Assembly (NCBI GenBank): GCA_963821845.1
Contig: CAWGFI010000007.1
Span: 54,729 to 118,728 of the forward strand
From: an uncultured delta proteobacterium
GTDB lineage: Bacteria > Desulfobacterota > Desulfarculia > JACQYL01 > CAWGVV01
Direction of reading: 5' to 3'
Length of the DNA stretch: 64,000 nucleotides
Shown: piece after piece, positions 1 to 10,217 of the stretch
How positions within the stretch are numbered: position 1 is the first letter of the stretch
Layout of the letters: each line of letters starts with the position of its first letter
Notes under the pieces: model-generated
The model's database searches: none
The model's input: only the letters and a program-made list of their open reading frames with translations
Told to the model about the DNA's origin: nothing
Made by a program: the position numbers and the translations under genes

Positions 1-342
1 CGGGATACCCACGACGTTCACAGCCTTGTATTTGGCCTGCTCCATGTCGATGAGCGACGAGTTGGCCAGTAGCAATCCTTTTTTCTGTACCCGGGGTCCG
101 AACTTCTCCATGGATGGCAGGTTCATGGCGATGACGCTGACCGGGTTGTGGATAATGGGCGAGCCCACTTCCTCGTCGGACACCACGACCGTGCAGTTGG
201 CCGTGCCTCCGCGCATTTCCACGCCGTAGACCGGCATGTAGGTGGTGTTTTTATTTTCCTCGATAGCGGCCTGAGCCAGCAGGTTGCCGATGAACATGAC
301 GCCCTGGCCGCCGAATCCGGCGATGATGGTATCAAAGTACAT
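1..342 (-). CDS. 2-oxoacid:acceptor oxidoreductase gamma subunit (3' end beyond window)
   Basis: Not in ORF track; manual translation from ATG at 342 gives [19 protein letters not shown]...[18 protein letters not shown], the PorC/KorC-family signature; follows beta subunit. Confidence 0.9.
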   Translation of the reverse strand, partial: MYFDTIIAGFGGQGVMFIGNLLAQAAIEENKNTTYMPVYGVEMRGGTANCTVVVSDEEVGSPIIHNPVSVIAMNLPSMEKFGPRVQKKGLLLANSSLIDMEQAKYKAVNVVGIP

Positions 343-351
343 AAGCGCCCC

Positions 352-1104
352 TCACTGCTCGTCCCTGGCGAACGTGTCTTTGTAGACGCCAAGTGGGAAA
401 TAGGGAACGAGTTCTTCCTTTACGCGTTTGTTCGCTTCCAGAGCCGACATCTTCCAGTTGGTGGGGCAGGATGACAGCAGCTCCACGAATCCCAGACCAT
501 GTCCTTCCAGTTGCGCGTCGAACGCCTTACGGATCATCTTCTTGGCCTTCATGAGGTGTTTCGCGTCGTGCAGGCTCATTCGGGCGGAGTAGGCCGTTCC
601 TTCCAGATCGGCCATGATCTCGGCCATCTTGATGGGATACCCCTCGGTCCGCGCCTGACGGCCGGCGGGGCTGGTGGTGGTCTGCTGGCCGATCAAGGTG
701 GTGGGCGCCATCTGGCCGCCGGTCATGCCGAACACGGTGTTGTTCACGAAGATGACGGTGAGGAATTCGCCCCGGTTGGCGGCGTGCATGATTTCGGCGA
801 TGCCGATGGCCGCCAGGTCGCCGTCTCCCTGGTAGGTGAACACGAAGTGGTCGGGCATGGAACGCTTGACGCCGGTGGCCACGGCCGCGGCGCGTCCGTG
901 CGGGGCTTCGAGCGTGTCCACGTCAAAGTAATCATAGAGCAGGACCGAGCAGCCCACCGAGGCCACGGCGATGGTTTTTTCCCGCAGCTCGTAATGGTCG
1001 ATGGCTTCGGCCACCAGGCGGTGGATAACGCCATGGTGGCACCCCGGACAGTAGTGCGTGGGAACGTCTTTCAGACTCTGGGGTCTCGCAAAAACCTGTT
1101 TCAT
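352..1104 (-). CDS. 2-oxoacid:ferredoxin oxidoreductase beta subunit (TPP-binding)
   Basis: YCPGC motif, GDGD...NN TPP-binding motif, operon context. Confidence 0.93.
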   Translation of the reverse strand: MKQVFARPQSLKDVPTHYCPGCHHGVIHRLVAEAIDHYELREKTIAVASVGCSVLLYDYFDVDTLEAPHGRAAAVATGVKRSMPDHFVFTYQGDGDLAAIGIAEIMHAANRGEFLTVIFVNNTVFGMTGGQMAPTTLIGQQTTTSPAGRQARTEGYPIKMAEIMADLEGTAYSARMSLHDAKHLMKAKKMIRKAFDAQLEGHGLGFVELLSSCPTNWKMSALEANKRVKEELVPYFPLGVYKDTFARDEQ

Positions 1105-2156
1105 GATATCCTCTTGTATTCTTTGCGGATTTCCTCGTACAGCTCATTGGGGGTGGGAATAGAGCCGGGAGGCCTTCCGTAGAATCCGACATCCGCGGTT
1201 TTCATGACCGCCAGTTTTACGTCCTCGACCATCTGGCCGGTGTTCATTTCCATGGCCATGAAGTTGTGAACGTTTTGCGCCAGTTCCCCCAGATAGTCCG
1301 TGGGGAACGGATAGAGCGTAATGGGGCGCACCAGTCCGATCTTCATGCCGTTTTGACGGGCCATGGCGATGGAAGTTTTCACGATGCGAGCCATGGAGCC
1401 GAAGGCGACCACGATCAGGGTGGCGTCGTCCACGTTCTGGGCCTCGAAGCGTACTTCCTTCCGCATCCGCTGGTATTTCTTGAAGAGATTCCAGTTGTGC
1501 ACGGTCAGTTCGCCGTCGGCCAGATAGAGCGACTTGAGAATCCGCTGCGGGCGCTCCTTGGCGCCGGTGAGCGCCCAATCCTTTTTATATTCCTTGATTT
1601 TCGGAGTTTTCAGCTCCACCGGCTCCTTCATTTGCCCGAGGATGGAATCGCCCATCACGATAACCGGGTTGCGGTACTTGTCGGCCAGATCGAACGCGGT
1701 TATCACCAGATCGTAGTTCTCCTGCACCGAATGGGGCGCGAGCACGATGGTGCGATAGTCACCGTGGCCGCCGCCCCGGGTGGACTGGAAATAGTCGCCC
1801 TGCGAGGGCGAGATGCCGCCCAGCCCCGGACCGCTCCGGCACATGTTGATGATGACTCCCGGTATCTCGCTGCCCGCCAGGTAGGAAATGCCTTCCTGCT
1901 TGAGCGAAATTCCCGGGCTGGACGACGAAGTCATGACGCGGGCGCCCGTGGCGGCCGCGCCCAGCAGCATGTTGATGGAGGCGACTTCGCTTTCCGCCTG
2001 AATAAAGACCCCACCCACCTCGGGCAGGTGCTTGGCCAGATATTCGGGCACTTCGTTCTGAGGCGTGATGGGGTAGCCGAAATAGTAGCGGCACCCGGCG
2101 GCTATCGCGCCTCGGGCGATGGCCTCATTGCCTTGGGACAATATCTTTTTCGACAC
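1101..2156 (-). CDS. vorB: 2-oxoacid:ferredoxin oxidoreductase alpha subunit (VorB-like)
   Basis: GNEAIA, YPITPQ, QAESE, TSSSSPG motifs; 4-nt overlap with beta subunit. Confidence 0.9.
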   Translation of the reverse strand: MSKKILSQGNEAIARGAIAAGCRYYFGYPITPQNEVPEYLAKHLPEVGGVFIQAESEVASINMLLGAAATGARVMTSSSSPGISLKQEGISYLAGSEIPGVIINMCRSGPGLGGISPSQGDYFQSTRGGGHGDYRTIVLAPHSVQENYDLVITAFDLADKYRNPVIVMGDSILGQMKEPVELKTPKIKEYKKDWALTGAKERPQRILKSLYLADGELTVHNWNLFKKYQRMRKEVRFEAQNVDDATLIVVAFGSMARIVKTSIAMARQNGMKIGLVRPITLYPFPTDYLGELAQNVHNFMAMEMNTGQMVEDVKLAVMKTADVGFYGRPPGSIPTPNELYEEIRKEYKRIS

Positions 2157-2171
2157 AAAATCCTCCCGGAA

Positions 2172-2375
2172 TTATTTCCAGACCTCGATGACTATATCCG
2201 GACACATTTCCGCGCACAAAGCGCACCCCGTGCATTGGTCCATATCCTGACACCCCGCCACGCGGTAGCCCTGGCGGTTGCTCCTATCGGTTATGCTCAG
2301 GATATGCTTGGGACAGACTTCAATGCAGAGGGCGCATCCCTTGCACCGTTCTTCTCTGAACTCTACCTTTGCCAT
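2172..2375 (-). CDS. 2x[4Fe-4S] ferredoxin (delta subunit)
   Basis: Two CxxCxxCxxxCP motifs; first gene of the oxidoreductase operon. Confidence 0.92.
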   Translation of the reverse strand: MAKVEFREERCKGCALCIEVCPKHILSITDRSNRQGYRVAGCQDMDQCTGCALCAEMCPDIVIEVWK

Positions 2376-2393
2376 AAAATCCGATATCCTCTC

Positions 2394-3329
2394 TTAAGCT
2401 CTTTGGAGAAACGCGTTCAGTGTCGCGACGTCTTCGACTCCATATATTTGCGGAGCCGCTTCCTTGGGAGCCATTTTTTTCAGGAGTCCTTGCAGAACCT
2501 GCTTGGGGCCGACCTCCACGAATACATCCACGCCGTCGTCGAGCATATTTTTCATGATTTCATACCAGAGCACCGGCGAGTTGATCTGCCCGCTCATGAT
2601 CTGCTTGATTCTGGCCGGGTCGTCTTCCCGCGCGCCGGTGACGTTGAATAGAATGGGGCCGATTGGGGCGTTGAACGGGACCGGTTCCAGCGCCTGCCTG
2701 AAATCCCTGGTCGCATCGTCCATCAGGGAGCTGTGCCAGGCGCCGTTCACCTTGAGGGGAATGGCCTTGCCGCCCCGTTCCTTGGCCAGCTTGGAAGCCG
2801 CGGCCACGGGATCGGTTTCGCCGGAGATGACGATCTGGGTGGCGCTGTTGTAGTTGGCGATGCCGCAGACACCCTGGGCCTTGGCGCTTTCGACCAGTTC
2901 CTTGACCTGATCGTACTCGAGCCCCAGAATCGCGGACATGGCGCCCGGTTTGGCCTTGGCGTCCCGGTCCATGAGGTCCCCGCGCAGGCTGACCAGTTTC
3001 AGGGCGTCCTCGGCGGTGATCACCGATCTGTTCCACAGGGCGGAATATTCGCTGACGCTGTGTCCGGCGGCGTAATCGGGCGTGAAACCTTCGCGGGTCA
3101 GGGCCGTCATCGCGGATATGATCACCGCCGTAAGCGCGGGCTGAAGGTTGGCGGTCTCGGTCAGTGTTTCCATGGGGCCTTCGAAGCACAATTGTTTTAT
3201 CGGCTTTTTGGTTATGTCCTCGGCAAGTTCGAAAATCTCCCTGGCGAACGCGAATTCATCGTACAGGGCCTTGCCCATGCCCACATATTGCGACCCCTGG
3301 CCGGGGAACAATACCGCCGTTTTGCCCAT
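2394..3329 (-). CDS. fabD: Malonyl-CoA:ACP transacylase
   Basis: Starts MGKTAVLFPGQGSQ; QPA, GHS, AWHS, EVGP motifs. Start moved to ATG at 3329. Confidence 0.93.
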   Translation of the reverse strand: MGKTAVLFPGQGSQYVGMGKALYDEFAFAREIFELAEDITKKPIKQLCFEGPMETLTETANLQPALTAVIISAMTALTREGFTPDYAAGHSVSEYSALWNRSVITAEDALKLVSLRGDLMDRDAKAKPGAMSAILGLEYDQVKELVESAKAQGVCGIANYNSATQIVISGETDPVAAASKLAKERGGKAIPLKVNGAWHSSLMDDATRDFRQALEPVPFNAPIGPILFNVTGAREDDPARIKQIMSGQINSPVLWYEIMKNMLDDGVDVFVEVGPKQVLQGLLKKMAPKEAAPQIYGVEDVATLNAFLQRA

Positions 3330-3649
3330 ATATGGAACCACCTTTCTTGCGAGTCGAAGCTTTATTTTATATAAAGAGAAGGAACAGGTTTGCAAGCGCT
3401 TTCTGAAACAGGAAGCCGCTCATTGCGCCGATTGGTCCGGGAAAATCGTTTATGGCGGGGTATCGCGGGCCATTCCGGCCGGACGGGTAAGACCGTTGCG
3501 CTTGCGCTTCGAGCGATCTTCGCCTATACATAAGGTTCGGGATAAACGCTCGGGTAAACAAAAAGGCCGACAGCGGGGCGGAGCGCCGATCGAGGTGGCG
3601 CGATCACGCTCCTTAAAAAACGGCTTTGCGCTCCAAAGGGAAGATCATC

Positions 3650-4318
3650 ATGAGGTTACGTTTCATAGCCGCGATTGCTCTGACGGTAATCTGCGTGTCG
3701 GTTTACGCCCTGCCGGCGCGTTCCTCGGAACAGATGTTTGTGACCGACAAACTGAAGATCAACATACGGTCGGGGCCAAGCCTGGAACACCGGATTCTGT
3801 CCATGGTTTCCAGCGGCGAACAGGTTGAGGTCGTCGAATCCAACGAAGGCTGGTCCAAGGTCGTCACCGCCGACGGCGCCGAAGGCTGGACCCAGTCGCG
3901 CATGCTGGTCAAGGAAAAGCCCGCGGCGATGCAGGTCGAACAATTCCGCAAGGAAAATGCTCGCGCCAAGGAATCCTCGACCCAGGCTGAAAAGGAGCTG
4001 GCGGACCTCAAGGAGCGCGTTTCCGGGCTGGAAAACGAGCTGAGCGTCACCTCCGGCAATCTGGTCAAGACGGAAGAGCAATACAACACCCTGCGCTCCG
4101 AATCCGGGCAGTACCTGGCGCTCAAGGATAAGTATGACAAGCTCAAGGCGTCCAGTGAAGCCCAGTCGCAGCAATTCAAGGACGTCAACTCGGAGTATGA
4201 AAAACTGGCCTTTTCCCAGCGGATTCAGATGGCGCTCATCGGCTCGGCTGTTTTTATCGTCGGCTGGATTATCGGCTATACTGTACGCAGGGGCCGCAAA
4301 CGGGGATTGTTGCGTTAG
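3650..4318 (+). CDS. SH3-domain, coiled-coil, C-terminally anchored membrane protein (YgiM/TIGR04211-like)
   Basis: Signal peptide, IRSGPS...GWSKV...EGW SH3b pattern, coiled coil, C-terminal TM followed by basic tail. Confidence 0.8.
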   Translation: MRLRFIAAIALTVICVSVYALPARSSEQMFVTDKLKINIRSGPSLEHRILSMVSSGEQVEVVESNEGWSKVVTADGAEGWTQSRMLVKEKPAAMQVEQFRKENARAKESSTQAEKELADLKERVSGLENELSVTSGNLVKTEEQYNTLRSESGQYLALKDKYDKLKASSEAQSQQFKDVNSEYEKLAFSQRIQMALIGSAVFIVGWIIGYTVRRGRKRGLLR

Positions 4319-4388
4319 ATGGGAAACGGATGGAACGGCCGGGCGCTCCTTGTTTATCGTTTCGAGCGCTATTCCGCGTTTCCTTTTT

Positions 4389-4476
4389 TGTCACCCCGCG
4401 GCTTGACCTCGGGGTCCAGAGTATTTGAAACCAGGTAGAGAAGCCCTGGATTCCGCGATCAAGTCGCGGAATGACG
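4389..4476. repeat. CGTC-type palindromic repeat doublet
   Basis: gtcaccccgcggcttgacctcggggtccag, spacer, ctggattccgcgatcaagtcgcggaatgacg; between convergent genes. Confidence 0.9.
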
Positions 4477-4542
4477 AAGGACTTTCGTCGCCCTATATGG
4501 GGAAAACGAAAAAGTTGCATCGTCTCCTACCGAAGCGGTATC

Positions 4543-6027
4543 TCACACCCGGTTTATGGGATGCTTCTTCCTGAACCGTATGCGGTATTTCAAACCTGAT
4601 TCCCTTTCCAGCTCTATGTCCCCGTCAAGCTGCCTTTTGGTCAGGTTGTACACGATCTTCAAACCCAGCGACGGGCATTCCTCGAGGTCCAGGTATTCCG
4701 GCAGACCCACCCCGTTATCCGCGAAAAGTATCTCGATTTCGTCGCCTTCCAGGCTGCGCAGCGCTATGTCGATCCGTCCCGCCGAGCGGTCCCGGAAGGC
4801 GTATTTCATGGCGTTGGACATGAGTTCGTTGATGATCAACCCGCAGGGGATCGCCCGATCGATGGAAAAGGGAATGGATTCAAGGTCCAGGTTGAGGGCG
4901 ATGCGCGTATTCAGGCATCGCAGACCGGCGTATATGGTCTTGGTAAGGTCCCCGATGTAATCGCCCATGTCGATGTTGCTCAGGTCCCGTGATTGGTACA
5001 GCTTTTCGTGCACCAGGGCCATGGCCTGAATTCTGTTGCGCATTTCCTGGAAAGACTGCTTGACGCTCCCGTCCTTTATGTTCAGCGTGTGGAGGTTCAT
5101 CAGGCTGGAGATCACCTGCATATTGTTCTTGGTCCGGTGATGAAGTTCCTTGAGCAGGATCTCCTTTTCCTGCAGCGCAATCCGCAAACTCGCTTCGCTG
5201 TCGCTCAACTGCTTTACGTTCATTTTCAGTTCGACGTGCGCCCGGCGCAGTTCGGCAGCCGCCGCTTCCCGTTCGGTCACGTCGCGGAATACCAAAATCA
5301 CGCCCAGGGTATTTCCCTTGTCGTCCTTGATGGGCGCGGCGCTGTCGTCGATGGGTATTTCGGTTCCGTCCCTGGCTATGAGCACGGTATGATTATCCAT
5401 GCCCAGGGTCAGGCCTTCAAGCAGGGCCTTGGCGGCGGGGTTTTCGGCGGGTTGGCGGGTGTTCTTGTCCACGATGTGGAATACCTCGCTCAACTCCTTG
5501 TGCAGGACCTCTTCCAGGTTCCAGCCCATCAGACGTTCCGCGACCGGATTGACGAAGGTTACCAGGCCGTCCCTGTCGGTGGCGATCAAGGCGTCGCCGA
5601 TGCTCCGAAGGGTCGTGGCGAGCCATTTTTCATTTTCCTTGAGGCGCCGTTCGGTCTCGTGCTTGTACAGCGCCATGTCGATGGTGACGCTCAGTTCCCG
5701 TTCCTGGAAAGGCTTGATCAGATACCCATACGGTTCGGTTATCTTGGCCCGTTGCAGGGTATCCTCGTCCGCGTAGGCGGTGACGTAGATGACCGGTATG
5801 TCGAACCGGGTCCGAATCTGTTCGGCCGCGGTCACGCCGTCCATGGACCCCTGGAGCATGATGTCCATCAATACCAGGTCGGGGGACAATTCTTCGGCTT
5901 TTCCGACCGCGTCGTCTCCGGTAAAGACGGTATCTATGGGATCGTATCCCATGCTTTTCAGCCGGTACCGCATGTCCAGAGCTTCAACTCCCTCATCCTC
6001 AACAATCAGTATCTTCGCGCCACGCAT
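4543..6027 (-). CDS. Receiver-PAS-HisKA_2 histidine kinase
   Basis: ILIVEDE/LVLMDI receiver, PAS, ELHHRTKNN H-box, ELMSNAMKYAF, DNGVG, SLGL. Confidence 0.9.
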   Translation of the reverse strand: MRGAKILIVEDEGVEALDMRYRLKSMGYDPIDTVFTGDDAVGKAEELSPDLVLMDIMLQGSMDGVTAAEQIRTRFDIPVIYVTAYADEDTLQRAKITEPYGYLIKPFQERELSVTIDMALYKHETERRLKENEKWLATTLRSIGDALIATDRDGLVTFVNPVAERLMGWNLEEVLHKELSEVFHIVDKNTRQPAENPAAKALLEGLTLGMDNHTVLIARDGTEIPIDDSAAPIKDDKGNTLGVILVFRDVTEREAAAAELRRAHVELKMNVKQLSDSEASLRIALQEKEILLKELHHRTKNNMQVISSLMNLHTLNIKDGSVKQSFQEMRNRIQAMALVHEKLYQSRDLSNIDMGDYIGDLTKTIYAGLRCLNTRIALNLDLESIPFSIDRAIPCGLIINELMSNAMKYAFRDRSAGRIDIALRSLEGDEIEILFADNGVGLPEYLDLEECPSLGLKIVYNLTKRQLDGDIELERESGLKYRIRFRKKHPINRV

Positions 6028-6043
6028 GGGGATCAGTCTCCGG

Positions 6044-7594
6044 CTATTTTTCCACCTTGAAGATAATAGCAAATTCCGCGCCGTCTCTTGTGTCGATGCG
6101 CAGGGTACCGCGAAGCTGGCTTACCAGCACGCTGACCAGCTTCAGCCCCAGGGATTCGCACTGCTGCACTTCAAGCCCCACGGGCAGGCCGACGCCGTTG
6201 TCGCCGATGGTCAATATGACTTGATGGTCGGCTTCATGACGCCGCAGATCAATGCGGATTTCGTGTTTCCCACCGTCCGCGGGATCGGGAAAGGCGTATT
6301 TCAGCGAATTGGATACGAGTTCGTTGATGATCAGAGCGCAGGGGATGACCGTATCGACGCCGATCGTGATGTCTTCCACCCGTATCCTGGGGGTTATGGT
6401 CCGTTCGCTTACCCCGTAGGATACAAAGAGGTTGGTTATCAGGTTGCGGATGTATTCGCCCAGATCGACCTTGGCCAAGGATTTGGACTGATACAGTTTT
6501 TCGTGGATCAGGGCCATGGAGTAGATGCGGTTCTTGCTCTCCTTGAAGGGTTCCAGGGCCTGTTCATCCTTGAGCTGGGACATCTGGAGGTTGAGCATGC
6601 TGTAGACGATCTGAAGGTTGTTCTTGACCCGGTGATGGATTTCCTTCAGGAGCGCCTCTTTTTCCCGCAGGGAACTCCTGATCAGATCCTCCGATCGCTT
6701 GCGTTCGGTGATGTCGCGAAAAACCATGACCGCCCCGACCACGGCGTCATCTTCCATGATGGGCGTGCTCAGGAATTCCACGGGGAAGGGCGTCCCGTCC
6801 TTGCTCAGGAACTCGCAGTCCGTCGCGTGTTGCGTGTTTCCGCTCCTGAGGGTCGAATGGACGGCGCATTCCTCCGGGGGATAGGAGCTGCCGTCGGGCC
6901 ACTGGTGATGGTATGTCTTATGCGCGTTCCGGCCGATGAGTTCGTTCTGCTCCCAGCCGATGATGCGCGCGGCGGAAGGGTTGACGAAGGTGATGTTTCC
7001 GTTCAGGTCCATGCCGCAGATCCCTTCCCCCACCGAGTTCAGGATAAGCTCGTGCCGCCGTTTGGCCTTTTCCAGTTCGGCCGTGCGCTCCCGCACCAGC
7101 TCCTCGAGGTGATCGTGGTGCCGGTTCAGTTCGCGTTCCTTGTTCAGCCGCTCAAAGGTCGCGCCCGCCAGACCGGCGATGGCTAGATAGATGTTGAGCA
7201 ATTCGTTGGGCAGCGGTTCTCCGTCCTTGTGGCCGATGAGCATGGCTTTTTCCGGTTGATGCTCCTCCGCGATCGGGAGAAAGGCGGTCATGGACGGAGA
7301 CGGCGTCGAAACGATCCGCGAGGCCAGAAATCCGCTGTCCAAAACGTCGTCGATAAGGTTTCGGACTTCGTCCGAAAATATATTCCGGGCGCCATCGGGC
7401 AGGGTGCAATGATGGATGGTGATTCCGTTGTCGGAGTCCCGCTGGACAAAGGCGGTCCATTCGGCCGGAAAGTACATCAGCACGAATTTCCCCAGGTGAT
7501 CCCAGATGTCCTGTTGCGTTTTGAGGCGCACTATGTACTGGGCCGATTTGATGAAGGCTTCGAACAGCTGGGGATTGACGTCTTGGAGATTCAT
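6044..7594 (-). CDS. GAF-like/PAS HisKA_2 histidine kinase
   Basis: PAS (GICGMDLNG...FVNP), EIHHRVKNN, ELVSNSLKYAF, DNGVG. Confidence 0.9.
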   Translation of the reverse strand: MNLQDVNPQLFEAFIKSAQYIVRLKTQQDIWDHLGKFVLMYFPAEWTAFVQRDSDNGITIHHCTLPDGARNIFSDEVRNLIDDVLDSGFLASRIVSTPSPSMTAFLPIAEEHQPEKAMLIGHKDGEPLPNELLNIYLAIAGLAGATFERLNKERELNRHHDHLEELVRERTAELEKAKRRHELILNSVGEGICGMDLNGNITFVNPSAARIIGWEQNELIGRNAHKTYHHQWPDGSSYPPEECAVHSTLRSGNTQHATDCEFLSKDGTPFPVEFLSTPIMEDDAVVGAVMVFRDITERKRSEDLIRSSLREKEALLKEIHHRVKNNLQIVYSMLNLQMSQLKDEQALEPFKESKNRIYSMALIHEKLYQSKSLAKVDLGEYIRNLITNLFVSYGVSERTITPRIRVEDITIGVDTVIPCALIINELVSNSLKYAFPDPADGGKHEIRIDLRRHEADHQVILTIGDNGVGLPVGLEVQQCESLGLKLVSVLVSQLRGTLRIDTRDGAEFAIIFKVEK

Positions 7595-9200
7595 GCTTCT
7601 TCCACTGCGAGCGGCTTCAGGTACAGGTTTTCCAGAAACAACGTTTCAAAATCCGAGGTCTGGGAGAGATTGATAATGGACGCCCGTTCGCGCAGCGCGG
7701 CCAACTCCACCGCCTTGGCCGGGGAAAGGAGCAGGTGCTCGCACCCGGCCAGGGCCGTGTTTCCGCAAAGCTCGATTCGTTCGGCCGGGATGTCCGGCAG
7801 GAGTCCGACGAGCTGCGCGGCCTCGACGTTCAAACTGCCGCCGAACACGCCGCATACGTGGACGCGACTCAAATCCCGCGTGTTCATTCCCGCCGATTCG
7901 AGCAATTTTCCGATCCCGACGCCAATGGCCGCCTTGGCGCGCTGGAACATATCGACGTCCCTGTTGGTCAGGCGAATGGCCGGTTTCGCTTCTTGCAGGG
8001 TAAACCCTCCCCTGGCGTGGGGCTCGGTGAGTTTACCGGTGGCGGTCAGAACCCCTTCGCAGCGCAACAGGGCGATCAGATCCACCAGGCCCGAACCGCA
8101 AAGCCCCCTGGCTCCGCCTCCGCCGATGACCCGCGCATCCAGCGCGTCGTCGGGGCCGCGCCGGTCAACGTGGTAGACCGCGCCGGGCTCGGCGGGCATG
8201 CCGCAGGTTATCCCGCACCCTTCAAAGGCCGGTCCGCCCGCGGCGGAAGTCACCCACAGCGCGCGGCCGTCCCAGAGCGCCATTTCGGAGTTGGTCCCGA
8301 AATCGATCAGGAGTCCCCGGGCCGTTCGGTCAGGCCCGTGGCCAGGGCTCCGGCCAGCAGATCGGAACCTACGAAACCGGCGTACGGGAGCACGATTTCC
8401 ACGGTCGCCTGGGGATGGACTCCCAATACGCTTTTCCAGGCGCGCTCGTATTCCCGCGTGAGTTCGACCGGGCGGGTCCAGGAACGGGGCTGCAACAACA
8501 CGCGCGGGTCGGTTTGCGTCAGCAGGGCCAGCATGGAGGTGTTTCCCACGATATTGACGCGGGTGACCTCGGCGAGGCTGAAGCCGTCCCGCGCGCTCAT
8601 ATCCAGCAACGCCTCGAAAATGGCGTCGAACGGCATGCGGGCCAGCTTTGCCGCGTTATCGGGCGAGGCGTCGGCGGCGATTAGCCGGGTCATCACGTCC
8701 GAACCGTAGTAGGATTGAGGATTCATGCCTCCACGGCCGAAGAGCCGGAGCCCGCGATCCATGTCCCAGAGCGAAAGGCTGATGTGCGTCGTGCCCAGAT
8801 CGACGGCCAATCCGTACTCGGTTCCGCCGCGCTTGGAGCGATTCTCGACGTCCGGAGACGGGGAAGCCGGGGATAGGCGTTCCGGGGCCAGTTCCCGCCA
8901 GTCGGGGTTGAATACCTGGCCGACGATGCGCACGCGCAGATCGTTTTCCGGCCGCGCCTGGCAGGCGAGGCGGATGTTTTCTCCGATCTGTTCGGGAGAA
9001 AGGTTGAGCAACTCGCTCGCGGTGGGATCGTTGGCCGTCCCCGCCTCGATCTGGACAAGGCATAGGCCGCAGGCGCCGTTCCCCAGACAGCCGGAACGGA
9101 CCTGAATATCCGCGGCGTCGAGAATTTCGCGCAGCGAAAATCCGGGAGAAAAAGGCGTTTCACGCGTAACGCCACGGTTAATGACAGTGAGTACCGGCAC
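7591..9200 (-). CDS. Reductive activator of corrinoid proteins (RACo; 2Fe-2S + ASKHA/DUF4445), one frameshift near 8315
   Basis: CLGNGACGLC...LACQ ferredoxin, VDLGTT; adding one G to the GGGG run restores RPGGLLIDFGTNSEM and joins ORFs 8307-9200 and 7591-8283. Confidence 0.88.
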
Positions 9201-9203
9201 GTA

Positions 9204-10217
9204 TCAACTCGTCACCACGGCCGCCGCCACCATCGCGGCGACATTCTCCGTCTTGGATTCGGGCGGGATCTCACAACCCGACGAAAGGATGAATCCCTTG
9301 CGCTCCCTGAAGGCGCTCAGGAGATTTTCGGCTTCGGTTGTAACGTCCTCGGGAGTTCCCTCCACGAACAGAAGCGACTTGATGTTGCCGTCCAGGCAGG
9401 TAGCCGGCAGTTGGGCGCAGGCTTCGGCGGCGGCGACGTCGTAATCGAAATTGGCGATATGAGCCCCGACGCCGGGGAAGTAGGGCAGAATCGGACTCAC
9501 CGCGCCGGACACATGGAGCCAGTTGGCCGTCGCGCCCGCCTCCATGAACGACCGGAAAATCCGCTCCAGCCGGGGAAGTTCCAACTCTCTGAACAGCTTC
9601 GGGGGGATGACGACCGGGGAGGCGGAGGGATCGAAGACCATGGGTATGTGAGCTCCGGACCCGATTTGCGCCAGGCCGAAGGAAATGATGACTTCGGTGG
9701 CGAAATTCATCAGCGATTCCAGCCGTAGGGGATCGTCCACCGCCAGATACAGCGTGTTTTCCAGCCCGAGCAGTTGCGCGGAGAGCGTAAAGGGTCCCAG
9801 GACGCAGCCGACGATCAGCGTCTCGTCGCCGAGTTCCTTTTTGAGGACGCCCAGCGCCTTCAGCATTTCCGCCATGCGCCCGGTCCGTTGGGGATCGGGA
9901 AGGGACAGCGAACTCCAGTCGCCGTCCGGAGACAAGGCGTATTGTTCGATCACCGGATATTGGTTGGCCGGGTAGCGCAGAACCGAGCCCACGGCTTCGG
10001 TTTCCACGCCCACGCCCATCACGGAAAACACCGCGTCATAGCCGTAGCGTTCCAACGCGTTCAGTTGGCAGCGGGCGAGCATTTCGCCATCGCGAACATA
10101 CTCATCCACGGCGACCCCGGCGAGCGAGCCGGCGTGGCCGAACACCTGCGCGATGACCGGCGCGCGGTCCGTGTCCTGAAATTTGATGGCCGCTTTAATC
10201 CGTTCCAGACTGTTCAT
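9204..10217 (-). CDS. UroD-family (MtaA/CmuA-like) methylcorrinoid methyltransferase
   Basis: ERIKAAI...DRAPV, GPFTL, DPSAS, GNI, ILSSGCEIP...ENV motifs. Confidence 0.85.
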   Translation of the reverse strand: MNSLERIKAAIKFQDTDRAPVIAQVFGHAGSLAGVAVDEYVRDGEMLARCQLNALERYGYDAVFSVMGVGVETEAVGSVLRYPANQYPVIEQYALSPDGDWSSLSLPDPQRTGRMAEMLKALGVLKKELGDETLIVGCVLGPFTLSAQLLGLENTLYLAVDDPLRLESLMNFATEVIISFGLAQIGSGAHIPMVFDPSASPVVIPPKLFRELELPRLERIFRSFMEAGATANWLHVSGAVSPILPYFPGVGAHIANFDYDVAAAEACAQLPATCLDGNIKSLLFVEGTPEDVTTEAENLLSAFRERKGFILSSGCEIPPESKTENVAAMVAAAVVTS

